A stretch of 64,000 nucleotides of DNA. It comes from an uncultured Desulfovibrio sp. (GTDB lineage: Bacteria > Desulfobacterota > Desulfovibrionia > Desulfovibrionales > Desulfovibrionaceae). A program made the position numbers and the translations under genes. This document shows, piece after piece, positions 41,289 through 51,853 of the stretch (the first letter of the stretch is position 1; the number at the start of each line of letters is the position of its first letter). The notes beneath the pieces are model-generated. The model was not told the origin of the DNA. It made no database searches and saw only the letters and a list, made by a program, of their open reading frames with translations. The DNA is taken from the NCBI GenBank assembly GCA_947038175.1, contig CAMQVJ010000002.1, positions 11,246 through 75,245 of the forward strand. Direction: 5' to 3'.

Positions 41289-42017
41289 ATGAATGCTTTT
41301 TATGTAGAGCCAAAATGTTGGACTTCTCCTTTACTCACACTTAACACAGCGGAATCACATCATTTATCGAAGGTATTGCGCTTAAAAATAAATGAAAAAG
41401 TTTGTGTACTCGATGGGGAGGGACGGGAAGCCACCTGCCTCATTAATGAAATAAAAAAAAATGAAACTATCTTAGAAATAATTCATACAGAAATACACGA
41501 AAAACCTCTTTCTCGTATTACCCTAGCAGCAGGCTGGGGGAAAGCCGCAAGACGAGGTTTTATTTTAGAAAAATGCGTTGAGCTTGAAGCACATGCCCTT
41601 TGGTTTTGGCAAGCAGAAAGAAGTCAATTTCCCCTTGCGCAAGAAGTAAAAAACACGTGGCAAGAGCAACTCATAGCAGGGGCTAAACAGTGCCACAATC
41701 CTTTTATTCCTCAGCTTGCAAGCATGCCAAACGGGGCAAAAGAAATTATTGAAGCGACAAAAAACTTTGACCACAAGCAACTTTTGGTGGAAAAAGGTTT
41801 TATGCATGAAGAGTTTATGAGCGTAGACCACCTTGGAAACATCGGAGATACTATTTGTGTTGTTGGTCCTGAGGGTGGATTTACGGAAAAAGAAGTTGAT
41901 CTTTTTATAAAAAATGGATTTAAAACATTGAGCATGGGAGATAGAATCTTAAGATGGGAAACAGCAGCACTCATGGCATTAGGCTTACATTGGTGGAAGA
42001 AACAGGCAAACCAATGA
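41289..42017 (+). CDS. rsmE: 16S rRNA (uracil1498-N3)-methyltransferase RsmE
   Basis: PUA-like N-terminus, C-terminal SPOUT knot VVGPEGGFTEKE, 242 aa. Confidence 0.8.
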   Translation: MNAFYVEPKCWTSPLLTLNTAESHHLSKVLRLKINEKVCVLDGEGREATCLINEIKKNETILEIIHTEIHEKPLSRITLAAGWGKAARRGFILEKCVELEAHALWFWQAERSQFPLAQEVKNTWQEQLIAGAKQCHNPFIPQLASMPNGAKEIIEATKNFDHKQLLVEKGFMHEEFMSVDHLGNIGDTICVVGPEGGFTEKEVDLFIKNGFKTLSMGDRILRWETAALMALGLHWWKKQANQ

Positions 42018-43225
42018 TTCGCCCCTTGCCCGAAGATTTTCGCCCAAAAGATATAAATGATTTTGTGGGGCAAGAACATCTCAAAGAAAGAATTGAAACA
42101 CTTTACAACTCAAAAAGAATGCCAAGTCTTTTGCTTTTTGGCCCTCCAGGCTGTGGAAAATCAAGCCTTGCCTTGCTTTTAGCAAAACACCATAGCAAGC
42201 ATATACTGAGGCTCAGCGCACCAGAAGTGGGTTTGCAACAGTTACGCAAACAACTGCAAGGTGTTGAGATACTTGTGCTTGATGAACTTCATCGTTTTTC
42301 AAAGTCTCAGCAGGACTTTTTCTTGCCCATTCTTGAAACAGGTGAAATCACCATGATAGCAACAACTACAGAGAACCCCTCTTTTAGTGTTACAAAACAG
42401 TTGCTTTCTCGTCTACATGTTTTGCGTTTAAAACCTCTTTTACGTGAAAATTTAAAAATCCTTGCTACTAATGTTTGTAGTACAAAAGAAGAGCATTTAG
42501 AAAATGACGTGATTGATTTTCTAACAACGATTGCACATGGTGACGCAAGAACCATGCTCAACCTTTTAGAATACGTTTTCGCCTTACCAGCTGAAAAAAG
42601 AGACCTTGGTACTGTGAGCAGTTCCATGCCTGAAATCATTGGTAGACATGATAAAGACGGTGACAGTCACTACGAGCTTGCCTCTGCACTCATAAAATCT
42701 ATCCGAGGAAGTGACCCAGACGCTGCACTTTATTATCTTGCATGTTTATTAGAAGGAGGCGAAGACCCTCGTTTTATAACACGCAGGCTTATTATTTCCG
42801 CATCAGAAGATATTGGCCTTGGAGATTCACAGGCTTTATCTGTAGCGGTATCATGTCAGCAGGCGGTTGAGTTTATAGGCATGCCTGAAGGTTTTATTCC
42901 TCTTGCGCAAACCGTTGTTTATTTAGCACTTGCACCAAAGAGCAACAGTACCTATAATGCTTATCACATGGCATTCAAAGAGGTGAAAAGCCAAGGAGCT
43001 CAACCTGTTCCCATGCACCTCAGAAATGCATCCACAAAATTACAAAAAGAATGGGGATATGGCCAAGGCTACAAATACCCTCACAGTTTTCCAGGGTCTT
43101 ATGTAGAACAAGATTATTTTCCAGATTCTGTTGAAAATCGTGAGTTTTATCACGCAAAACCAGAAGGCGATGAACTGCGTCTTTTCAATAATTGGAAACG
43201 CTTGACACGAACACGAAATAAATAA
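42014..43225 (+). CDS. rarA: Replication-associated recombination protein A (RarA/MgsA)
   Basis: RP..DFVGQEHL, Walker A GPPGCGKSS, LDELHRF, C-terminal MgsA domain (DPDAALYYLA, RRLIISASEDIG). ATGA overlap with the rsmE stop. Confidence 0.9.
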   Translation: MIRPLPEDFRPKDINDFVGQEHLKERIETLYNSKRMPSLLLFGPPGCGKSSLALLLAKHHSKHILRLSAPEVGLQQLRKQLQGVEILVLDELHRFSKSQQDFFLPILETGEITMIATTTENPSFSVTKQLLSRLHVLRLKPLLRENLKILATNVCSTKEEHLENDVIDFLTTIAHGDARTMLNLLEYVFALPAEKRDLGTVSSSMPEIIGRHDKDGDSHYELASALIKSIRGSDPDAALYYLACLLEGGEDPRFITRRLIISASEDIGLGDSQALSVAVSCQQAVEFIGMPEGFIPLAQTVVYLALAPKSNSTYNAYHMAFKEVKSQGAQPVPMHLRNASTKLQKEWGYGQGYKYPHSFPGSYVEQDYFPDSVENREFYHAKPEGDELRLFNNWKRLTRTRNK

Positions 43226-43337
43226 TTGTTTTTAACTTTTCTTTATTTCGTATCTATTAGAAAACGAGTATCAACTATGGTATCTATACCTTTCAAGGTA
43301 AAACTTAAAGTACCACTTTAATAAATAGGACATTGAT

Positions 43338-44114
43338 ATGCAATATATAAATCATTACGCTAGAAACTATAATGAAAAATACACAAAAAAGGCTTGTTTT
43401 CCTAACTTTCAATTTTATTGTAAAGCGTTTAAAATCGTAACAAGTGCCGCCATGGTAGTTAGAAAGGGAAAATATGACGCAAGCGATTGGGTCAAAGATA
43501 GCTATCTCATCGGACAAGCCTTGGAAAGTGTTGGAACTGATATTATGGTTGAAGGCTATGAACATGTAGAGAATCTTGATAAACCTTGCATATTTATTTC
43601 AAATCACATGAGCACCCTTGAAACTTTTCTTTTACCAAGTATGATTCAACCAACCAAAGACGTCACTTTTATTGTTAAGGACTCTCTTTTGAAATATCCA
43701 TGGCTTGGAGCTGTTTTACGCACAAGAGACCCTATAGCTCTCACAAGGACAGATCCACGTAAAGACTTGGCAAACGTGCTTGAAACGGGGAAAAGAATTT
43801 TAGAAAGTGGACGCTCCATCATTCTTTTTCCACAAGGCACTCGCTTTTCTGATGTGAATGCAAGTGACTTTAGTTCACTTGGTGTTAAATTAGCTAAAAA
43901 GGCGGGTGTACCCATTATTCCATTAGCGCTCAAAACAGACGCTTGGGGAATCAATAAAATCACGAAAAACTTTGGATGTATTTCTCCAAACATTCCCGTA
44001 CGTTTTCGCTTCAGTGCTCCCCTTGAAATCACGGGGAATGGTAAAGAAGAACACGCTAAATGTATGGAGTTTATAATACAAACTTTTCAAGAATTTTCTA
44101 GGGAATCATCCTAA
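43338..44114 (+). CDS. 1-acyl-sn-glycerol-3-phosphate acyltransferase family protein
   Basis: NHMSTLE (HX4D/E-type motif), FPQGTR motif, VPIIPLAL block. Confidence 0.7.
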   Translation: MQYINHYARNYNEKYTKKACFPNFQFYCKAFKIVTSAAMVVRKGKYDASDWVKDSYLIGQALESVGTDIMVEGYEHVENLDKPCIFISNHMSTLETFLLPSMIQPTKDVTFIVKDSLLKYPWLGAVLRTRDPIALTRTDPRKDLANVLETGKRILESGRSIILFPQGTRFSDVNASDFSSLGVKLAKKAGVPIIPLALKTDAWGINKITKNFGCISPNIPVRFRFSAPLEITGNGKEEHAKCMEFIIQTFQEFSRESS

Positions 44115-44252
44115 AGAAACCTCTGCTGATGCAAACAAGAGATAAATATACAATGACACGTATTTAAAATAATGATGCACACTTAGTCGTGCATGCTTTT
44201 ATTTTCTTATTGGATACGTTCCAAAACAAACAATTTCAAAGAGGTTTTAACC

Positions 44253-45170
44253 ATGAATAAAAAAACAGACATGCTGAAAATTCAAGAAGAAGAAGCTGAC
44301 ATGAGCTCAACATATACTCCTATTGAATCCATGAAAACAGGTACTAAAAAAAGTAAAAAAATTCATCATGCAACGCGTACACTCAACATACAAAACTTGG
44401 GTGAAATGTGCTCTGGCGCTGGTTTTATTCTCAGCACTCAGCAAATACAACACGTAACAGACTATCTTTTTCTCTTGCAAAAATGGAACCAGTCGATGAA
44501 TTTGGTTGGTAAGAAATTCTGGCAAGACGTTCTTTCTGACCTTATTATGGATAGTATGCACTTAGCAAAATATCTTGAAGAAAATCCACGCATTAAAAAA
44601 GACGCTTTATTTGATACTGATAAGCCGGTAATCTCAAAGAAAAAATATACTTTTCAGAGTAATACAGATGTTTTCCCCGCTAATCCTCTTCTCAGTATAG
44701 ATGCTCCTTCATTCGAAATTTGGGATTTAGGCGCAGGCGCAGGTATTCCAGGTATTCCTCTTCGCATTTTATGGCAATTAGGCGTGTACACAATGATTGA
44801 AGTAAGGCAAAAGCGTTGCTTCTTTCTAAACACAGCCCTTGCCTCCTTAAGATTACCAGAAACATTTGTATTCCATGGTAAAGCAGAAGACTTTATGGAT
44901 AAGAAAAAGGAAAAAGGCATATACGCAGACCTTATTCTAAGTCGTGCATTTATGCCTTTTGAGAAAATGCTTCCCTTTGTTGCGCCTTATCTTCGCAAAG
45001 AAAATAAAGAAGAAAACACTCAAAGAGGTTCTATTATCTTTTTAACTTTGGAAGAATTACACGCAGATAGATACAATTCTGATGAATTACAATGGGAAAC
45101 AAAACAGATTTATCCTTATCAAACAAGAGGGCAAGACAAGTTTTTATGTGAAGTTTGCTTGAAAAATTAG
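44253..45170 (+). CDS. rsmG: 16S rRNA (guanine527-N7)-methyltransferase RsmG (GidB) with N-terminal extension and internal insert
   Basis: LLQKWNQSMNLVG and DLGAGAGIPGIPL SAM motif. I prefer the ATG at 44253 (AGAGG upstream), but the start is uncertain (track ORF begins at 44193). Confidence 0.75.
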   Translation: MNKKTDMLKIQEEEADMSSTYTPIESMKTGTKKSKKIHHATRTLNIQNLGEMCSGAGFILSTQQIQHVTDYLFLLQKWNQSMNLVGKKFWQDVLSDLIMDSMHLAKYLEENPRIKKDALFDTDKPVISKKKYTFQSNTDVFPANPLLSIDAPSFEIWDLGAGAGIPGIPLRILWQLGVYTMIEVRQKRCFFLNTALASLRLPETFVFHGKAEDFMDKKKEKGIYADLILSRAFMPFEKMLPFVAPYLRKENKEENTQRGSIIFLTLEELHADRYNSDELQWETKQIYPYQTRGQDKFLCEVCLKN

Positions 45171-45415
45171 CTCTTAAAATTTGTGACAGCACAGCAATCT
45201 TATATGATAATATTGATCACCTTAGTGTTCTCTAGAAAAAAGATCTTTGTCGTTTTTCTGTATTTTTCCCATGTTCTTCATCATCATACAAGAGAACAGT
45301 TCAAAACACATACATATAACTTTTATAATACCAAAGAAAATATTCACACAAATACTTGAGATTAAAAAAGAAAAAATATAAATGGAAAAATATTGAAAAA
45401 ACTTTGAAAAAACGC

Positions 45416-45443
45416 TTGCTTTTTTTTTCAAATCATTTATAAC
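45416..45443 (+). promoter_or_regulatory. Putative sigma-70 promoter for tRNA-Phe (TTGCTT-N16-TATAAC)
   Basis: The -10 hexamer ends about 10 nt before the mature tRNA 5' end. Confidence 0.35.
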
Positions 45444-45453
45444 TATCTTCGTT

Positions 45454-45529
<76 letters not shown>

Positions 45530-45537
45530 CAAATTTT

Positions 45538-45564
45538 GGCTTAGTCATTGACTAAGCCTTTTTT
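45538..45564 (+). terminator. Intrinsic terminator after tRNA-Phe
   Basis: GGCTTAGTCA-T-TGACTAAGCC followed by TTTTTT. Confidence 0.75.
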
Positions 45565-45759
45565 GCGTCTTTTTTTTGACAAAGTATGAAAAAGGGGGTC
45601 TTAACCAAAGAAAGGGGCAATCAAGGTTTAGTCAATTCTTCCGACGCTTAGTGATTAAGTATTTTCGGGGTGGCTTTATACATTTGACGGTGTAAATTTC
45701 TAGCACCAGGGCACAGAATTCACAATGAGAATACGTTGCAATAAAAACAGATAAAAAAC

Positions 45760-46431
45760 CTAGTTTTGAGTACGTAGTGCGTACCTATTAAAAATACCAA
45801 GTTGAGACATCAGATTACCTGTTAAACGATAAAAGAGTGTATGGTTTTGAGGCTCGTCAAACATATGATAAGAATATTTCACAGCATAGGGCGTAATAGA
45901 TTCTTTTTCTATATTTTCTAAATTCGCATTATTCTCTAAAATAAGAAAAGATATTTCTTGATGAGGGAATTTTCGTGAAAGCAAAATCTGAGCATTAATG
46001 ATTTCTTGGTTTATAGTTTTATTATGTTGGCAGAACCATAAAAAAACAACTTTCTTTGATGCGTGTATTTTATTGTATAACCTTGTTATACGGCGTTGAT
46101 ATTTTTCTTTCACACTATCAAAAACATCATCAAAACTACACTTATTAGAAAAATCATGATGAAAGATTAGTTTTGTTCTATTATTTTGGTAAGATTGATA
46201 TTTATTATTATTGGGTGGGATTTTATTCAATATTAAAAAATCTTCTTTATTACAAAAATCTTTAAAATTGTTCATTAGCAACGCAATACGAATCTCAAAC
46301 GAATCGGAAGAGAGCCAGTCAAACGGAAGGGCTTCTTGTTGTAGCTCAACATTACGTAAGCAAACGGTCCCTGCACAATCATTTCCTAAACTCACGAAAA
46401 GGTCATATTCTTCTTTAATAATAGAACTCAT
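45760..46431 (-). CDS. Hypothetical protein, possibly DUF1796 (putative papain-like cysteine peptidase) family
   Basis: N-terminal FVSLGNDCAGT..LPFDW and later FHHDF blocks resemble DUF1796 as I remember it. ATG at 46431 with GGAG 7 nt upstream. Confidence 0.45.
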   Translation of the reverse strand: MSSIIKEEYDLFVSLGNDCAGTVCLRNVELQQEALPFDWLSSDSFEIRIALLMNNFKDFCNKEDFLILNKIPPNNNKYQSYQNNRTKLIFHHDFSNKCSFDDVFDSVKEKYQRRITRLYNKIHASKKVVFLWFCQHNKTINQEIINAQILLSRKFPHQEISFLILENNANLENIEKESITPYAVKYSYHMFDEPQNHTLFYRLTGNLMSQLGIFNRYALRTQN

Positions 46432-46527
46432 TCCATACTCCAAACAATGAAATTTATTTCAATAATCTAATTGATTATATGTTTTTTGTAAAATAGCTAT
46501 TTATAAATAAAAAAGGATTCATGATAA

Positions 46528-47739
46528 TTATTTAACGGGAGTTTCTGTAGGTTCATCACTCAAAAATACATTTCTTCCTGCAAACCAAGCAGCAATCCCT
46601 TGGAAAAGCGCTACCCCAACAAGACAATACAGAGCAATATCCCATGTTCCATTGATAGAATATATTTGCCCAATGACCCATGGCCAAACAGCAGCAATGG
46701 TATACCCAATGGCCTGAGACATGGCAGAAAGGCTAATGAGCTGCGAATACGAGCGCACACGAACCATCATTATATAGAGGGAGTAACTTAAAGTCCCACC
46801 AGAGGCCATGCCTCCTAAAATAATCCATAAAAGGGGATATGTTTTAGGGAAAAAACCAAAACCAATCCAAACACTTGCATAACCAATAGTCAAAATAGGC
46901 GCTATCCAACTTTGCGATGAGAATCGAGTACAAAGCCAAGGAAGCAAGTATCTTGAAAAAATACTGACAATATTAATTAAAGTAAGTACATTCCCAGCGT
47001 AAAGTTTTGAGAAACCAGCATCTGCTAATATAGCAGGTAACCACGCCACGAGTGTATAGAATAAGCCTGACTGCAAGCCCATTGTAAAAGTGACCATCCA
47101 TGCAAGTGGATTTCGTAAAAGAGAAACTCGTTCGATATTAACTTTACTCGGTTTTTCTAATATTGATTTTCGTACAGAAAGTAAAATAAGCCATAAAATA
47201 AGTGCAAGTGCCGCTAGAACACCCCAAAAGATAAACGCAGCATTCCATTGCCCTGTACCTTCCGTTAGGGGAACAGCTATAAAAGCCCCCGTCGTTGCGC
47301 TTAGACCAATGCATACAGCATAAAGTCCCATCATTTTTTGAATATGATTACTGAACAATTCGCGAATAATCCCAGGCAGAAGCACATTAAGAATAGCAAT
47401 ACCAGAACCTAGAAATACAGTACCTAAAAAGACTATGGGGTAATGGGCAACACATCGTAAAACACAGCCTATAACGATCAAGAAAATCGCCACAAAAACA
47501 ATAATACCAGAGGAAAAAACTCGGCTCAGCCTAGGTACACAAATACCAACTAAACCAAAACAAACAAGAGGCAAGGAGCTTATAATGCTAAATTGCGACA
47601 CAGATATATCAAGTATGGATCGTAAGGATTCTATGAGCGGACTCAATGAAACAAGGCTACCACGCATATTAAGCGCTATCAGGAGTACGCAAATAGCTGA
47701 AAAAAATTGAATCGAATGTCTTTTTATGTGAATAACCAT
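46528..47739 (-). CDS. MFS transporter (12 TM; CynX/YeaN-like by size)
   Basis: 403 aa, uniformly hydrophobic with about 12 predicted helices. Subfamily assignment is tentative. Confidence 0.75.
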   Translation of the reverse strand: MVIHIKRHSIQFFSAICVLLIALNMRGSLVSLSPLIESLRSILDISVSQFSIISSLPLVCFGLVGICVPRLSRVFSSGIIVFVAIFLIVIGCVLRCVAHYPIVFLGTVFLGSGIAILNVLLPGIIRELFSNHIQKMMGLYAVCIGLSATTGAFIAVPLTEGTGQWNAAFIFWGVLAALALILWLILLSVRKSILEKPSKVNIERVSLLRNPLAWMVTFTMGLQSGLFYTLVAWLPAILADAGFSKLYAGNVLTLINIVSIFSRYLLPWLCTRFSSQSWIAPILTIGYASVWIGFGFFPKTYPLLWIILGGMASGGTLSYSLYIMMVRVRSYSQLISLSAMSQAIGYTIAAVWPWVIGQIYSINGTWDIALYCLVGVALFQGIAAWFAGRNVFLSDEPTETPVK

Positions 47740-48205
47740 GAAAACCTCTTGTTTAATATAAAAAACACTTTCTCGCTGAAAAAGGTATTCTTTGTAAAAG
47801 ATGAAGTCAAGCCGTGATTATATACCCTATAAAATGATAACTTAGGTTCATCTAGTATTTTAAAATAGAATTATTAAAAATATTTACATATAAATTACAG
47901 TTAGATAAATAACTATACACACTTTATTCTAAGGATATGAACAAAAAAAACGATTGTCTTTATTGGAAAGAAATCCTTCACATCCAGATTCACAAGTGAA
48001 TATGGATGAAAAGGATTTCAATTTAAAACCTATTTAAAATATGTATTACTAAATTTACTCTTTTTAGAAAGATGATACCGCTCAATTATTTCTTAAAGTG
48101 AAAAGAATACTCATTATTGATTTTTTAAAAAAATAAAGCAAACAATTGAGGCTCTAGACATGTAACAATTTTTTTTGTATATACATTAAGGACATAGCAA
48201 ACAGA

Positions 48206-48541
48206 TTAAATTCGCAATAAAATAATCCCACATATAAGAAGCGCAATGCCAAGAAATGCAGTAGGGCGCATACGTTGCCCCAAGAGTATCCAGCCAGAAG
48301 CGCTTGTTCCTAAAATACCAAAACATCCCCATAAGGCATAGGCAACAGCTAAATCTAGATCTTTAACCGCTATTGAAAGAAGCCCAAAAGCAATAGCAAC
48401 AAGCATTAAAGCAATAATACCAAGCTTCTTATTTTTGAAACCTTGCGACTTTGCCAAAAGGATATTTGCAATAATATCAAGAATAGCAGACATTAATATT
48501 AAAAAAACAGAAAACGAAAACATATTTCTCATAAATTCCAT
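48206..48541 (-). CDS. mdtI: SMR-family transporter, MdtI-like subunit
   Basis: 111 aa, 4 TM. DLAVAYALWGCFGILGTSASGWILLGQRM closely resembles my recollection of E. coli MdtI ([29 protein letters not shown]). Confidence 0.7.
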   Translation of the reverse strand: MEFMRNMFSFSVFLILMSAILDIIANILLAKSQGFKNKKLGIIALMLVAIAFGLLSIAVKDLDLAVAYALWGCFGILGTSASGWILLGQRMRPTAFLGIALLICGIILLRI

Positions 48542-48654
48542 AATCTATATTCTCCATTTATTGATATATTTAGACAATCAATAAACAATGTAGGGTTAAA
48601 ATCTCAATGTATGTATTATACATTCTAAACAATCTTATTATGGTATAGAAAAAA

Positions 48655-49026
48655 TTAGTGTGCTTCTGTTTCGCTCAAACTAGTGCCGTGATGTACTAAA
48701 AAACCGCCCATAAGAACGCAAGTAAGCCCTAGTATTATTTTCAAAGAAAGTACTTCACCAAGAAAAAAGAAAGAAAAGGCCACTATAAGAAGAAGTCCTA
48801 TAGAGTCCCATAATGCAAATGCTACTCCAATAGGTATCGCCATAGATGCTTTTGCAAGACAAAAATAGGAAAAGCCTAAGCAAGCCCACATAATAACAAG
48901 CCCAAGCTCTGATCCGAATGCAAAACCCCAACTATGTGAGAGCTTCATAATAGAAGTTCCTGAAACTTCACACAATATAGACATCATTAAAAATAACCAA
49001 TGATATATTGTAACTTTCTTTTGCAT
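48655..49026 (-). CDS. mdtJ: SMR-family transporter, MdtJ-like subunit
   Basis: 123 aa, 4 TM, conserved TM1 Glu (LCEVSGTSIMK). GEVLSLKIILGLT resembles MdtJ DESLSLMKIAGLT. Lies upstream of mdtI, matching the E. coli mdtJI order. Confidence 0.65.
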   Translation of the reverse strand: MQKKVTIYHWLFLMMSILCEVSGTSIMKLSHSWGFAFGSELGLVIMWACLGFSYFCLAKASMAIPIGVAFALWDSIGLLLIVAFSFFFLGEVLSLKIILGLTCVLMGGFLVHHGTSLSETEAH

Positions 49027-49027
49027 G

Positions 49028-49558
49028 TTAAATCCTAGAATTATTTAATATGTTACATAAAATTGAATACGCTTCTGAAGAACAATTATTTTTTTCAAAG
49101 CTATTTGGATTCTTGTCTTTGTCATCTCGATGTGTGGAATCATAGTTCTTTTTATGCTCCATCATTTCTTCTAATATATGAATAGCTTGCTCAATATGTT
49201 CAACCCATACCGTTCCAGCACCATAAAGCATAAGCCCCGGAGACTCAAGCGGCCCACGAATGCCAAGAACAGGGACACCATATCCATAGGCAATTCCTAC
49301 TTCAACCCCTGCATCTTGCCCTGACGTGCCTAGATAGATAAGAAAGTCAGCGTCTTTACAAGCCTTTGCACAAAAGGAGAAAACCTCTCCGCCGTGGTCT
49401 GTGTCCATCCATTCTCGTCTTTGCGCAGAATTCAAACCTTCTGGTGGCGTGGCTTTTTCTGTCCAGTCTAAAATAGTATAACCCATTGTTCGCATGGTTT
49501 TTGCGAGCAATCGAACAGCGTGGATATTTTTAAAAGAAGATGCAATATAGACGCGCAC
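49028..49558 (-). CDS. Nucleoside 2-deoxyribosyltransferase-like (Rossmann-like) protein
   Basis: VYIASSF N-terminus and GQDAGVEVGIAYGYGVPVLGI block typical of the NDT-like fold. GTG start with AAGGA RBS. Its stop TAA is 1 nt from the mdtJ ATG. Confidence 0.5.
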   Translation of the reverse strand: MRVYIASSFKNIHAVRLLAKTMRTMGYTILDWTEKATPPEGLNSAQRREWMDTDHGGEVFSFCAKACKDADFLIYLGTSGQDAGVEVGIAYGYGVPVLGIRGPLESPGLMLYGAGTVWVEHIEQAIHILEEMMEHKKNYDSTHRDDKDKNPNSFEKNNCSSEAYSILCNILNNSRI

Positions 49559-49813
49559 AATTTGTTCCTTTTTCTTTTTATGTTGTCTTGCAGAAATACG
49601 AATACACTTTAATTATATAATGTAAAACTTGGTATAAGAAGTTCTACACAGAAGCACAAGGAAAAACAATGTTTTCCTTACACAAAAAACTTTTAATAAA
49701 AAAGTTTTAATTTAGAGGAGAAGTATAAATGTAATTATTTTAGTATAATATATGTTTTTAATGAGTATCTTTTCATTTCTTAAATGTCTTATTTTTTGTA
49801 TTTCTCAACGTTC

Positions 49814-51550
49814 CTAAAAGAAACTTTGTGTATCTAAACTCTTACGTGATTTTTTTATTGCATAAATTTCATCTCGTAAAACAATAAGATTACTATATTT
49901 TTTCCGAATAGCTAGACCTGTTTCCGTAAGCGTACTTTCTTGTTTTTCGATATAATTTTTACGTAAATATCTATCATTTAAAATAGCATCAATAACAAAA
50001 AGCACACTTTCGGCTATATGATCAAAATAATGCACAAGTTCAAAACGAAGTTCTTTCACAATAGCCACAGCTTCTGTCATCATACGAACATAGGTTAATC
50101 GTTCACCTTTATATTTTCGTAAGTGAATTTCTTCTAATGCACGAACTTTTCTTGCTTGTTGAATAAAGCTAAAGCGTGTTTTATTCTCAATAATGAGTTC
50201 TCGAATATGTGAATTATCTTCATCATTTTCATTTACTTTATCAAAATAATCACCAAGAATTTTACAAACACTTAGGAAAAATTCATCACCATAACCAACG
50301 ACTCGTCTTTGATGTTTGGCAAACCAAGCGTTAAGCATTTTGAGGCGTTTTTCCTCTGTGTCGGTATTTTCTATGACCTCGTTGCGTTTATAGATAATCC
50401 GACCAAAAAATTCACCACGGGCAATATCGTTCAAGCGTAAAATAAGGTTGGTAGAGTCTTTAATAATATTAATGCCTTCAATATTTTCCCCTGTAAGAGG
50501 GTGAATAATATATTGGCTTTCTACAGATAAAGCTCTATCTTGACGAATGTTTGCATAGTCAAAAGCATGCTGTATATAAGAGACTTTAACAATAACCACA
50601 TGTTTCTTTTGGTCAAAAAATCCATCAACTTTATTAATAGCGTCAATGAGATCTGTCTGTTCTTTATCTATTTTAATAAGAGCAATTTTTTCCACATAAG
50701 GATAACGCCCTGCGGTGCCATCGTTCCAAATAGTAGTAATCGTTCTATCCGATTGACCAAGCACTCGAATAATAAATTTTTCGCCCATTTTATGAAGACG
50801 TCGTGAAAAAAGAGCTGCCGAGGTTCGTCTTTCTGCGGCGACGGGAAATCCATACAATTCCATAAGAAATTGCATAACAAAGTTTCTATTTCTTTCGTAT
50901 AGTTCATTTTCACCAATGGCAAATTTTCCCATACGAAGTCCAAATCGCTTCATTTCTCCGTCAATATCAGAAGGTAAAGACGCAAATATTCCAGATAACT
51001 GAAAATGGTCGTGTATTGACCTTGTGATAAGATGTGACCTATCCATTTCTAACAAGTAGGGCAGTACGTCAGGGTATTGTTCTATGGCTGTGATATCTGC
51101 ACGTTGGAAGCGTCTTCTATACTCTTCATGCATGAAACGTGGCATACGCGCAAGCATCGAAAGAGCGTTTGATTGAGCTACATGTCCCTCCAATGGGCAA
51201 CATGGGCCATCCGCTCCAGCAGAAAAATCTGAGAGAGGGTGTAACATATCATATTGGAAAATTTCCTGAAAAGAGGAAAGAGGGCGATCGAGAGCTACAA
51301 GAGTAAACCCAGGTAACTGTTTGTATTCAAACACATCTGCTTCAAAAGAGGGGAGTAAGGACCGTGCTTCTACACAGGGATATTTTTTTGTTTCGCAATA
51401 AGGCTGCAACAAAGCAGTACGCACATGTACAAGATCTAGAAAGTTCTTAAGTCCTTTTAGATTTTCTACAGAAAGCGTGTCGTAGTAGCCGAGATTTTTT
51501 TTCTTATGTGGCCACTTGCTTGCAGAAAATGCGTCTCTCCAGTCCAACAC
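49814..51550 (-). CDS. Large hypothetical protein (about 579 aa), no recognised domain
   Basis: Long uninterrupted ORF. The only in-frame starts near the 5' end are TTG (51592) and GTG (51550, preceded by AAGGA). I recognised no motifs. Confidence 0.6.
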   Translation of the reverse strand: MLDWRDAFSASKWPHKKKNLGYYDTLSVENLKGLKNFLDLVHVRTALLQPYCETKKYPCVEARSLLPSFEADVFEYKQLPGFTLVALDRPLSSFQEIFQYDMLHPLSDFSAGADGPCCPLEGHVAQSNALSMLARMPRFMHEEYRRRFQRADITAIEQYPDVLPYLLEMDRSHLITRSIHDHFQLSGIFASLPSDIDGEMKRFGLRMGKFAIGENELYERNRNFVMQFLMELYGFPVAAERRTSAALFSRRLHKMGEKFIIRVLGQSDRTITTIWNDGTAGRYPYVEKIALIKIDKEQTDLIDAINKVDGFFDQKKHVVIVKVSYIQHAFDYANIRQDRALSVESQYIIHPLTGENIEGINIIKDSTNLILRLNDIARGEFFGRIIYKRNEVIENTDTEEKRLKMLNAWFAKHQRRVVGYGDEFFLSVCKILGDYFDKVNENDEDNSHIRELIIENKTRFSFIQQARKVRALEEIHLRKYKGERLTYVRMMTEAVAIVKELRFELVHYFDHIAESVLFVIDAILNDRYLRKNYIEKQESTLTETGLAIRKKYSNLIVLRDEIYAIKKSRKSLDTQSFF

Positions 51551-51853
51551 AAATATCCTTATTTTAGTGTGAAAATTTAGCAATAAAACCAAAAATACAA
51601 ATCAATATCTTTTTATATACTTTATTCTAATAATTTTCAAGTAGTTGAACAAAATAAAATAAAATAAATGAAAAAACTATCATGGATAATCGAATAATCA
51701 ATTTCCATAACTTCCATAAATAAGAATTTATAAATTATTATCCATTCAGCCGTAGACTTACGAGTCATAAATAATAATTTTTAAATAAATGTGTTGCCTT
51801 AAACGCTTAGGTTTTGTTATAAATTCAAAAACAATCACTAATTGGGACTTCAT

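Noticed and set aside
45222-45431. 69-aa hydrophobic ORF between rsmG and tRNA-Phe
   Set aside because: It has no RBS, overlaps the likely tRNA promoter and has low-complexity AT-driven composition. It is probably spurious.
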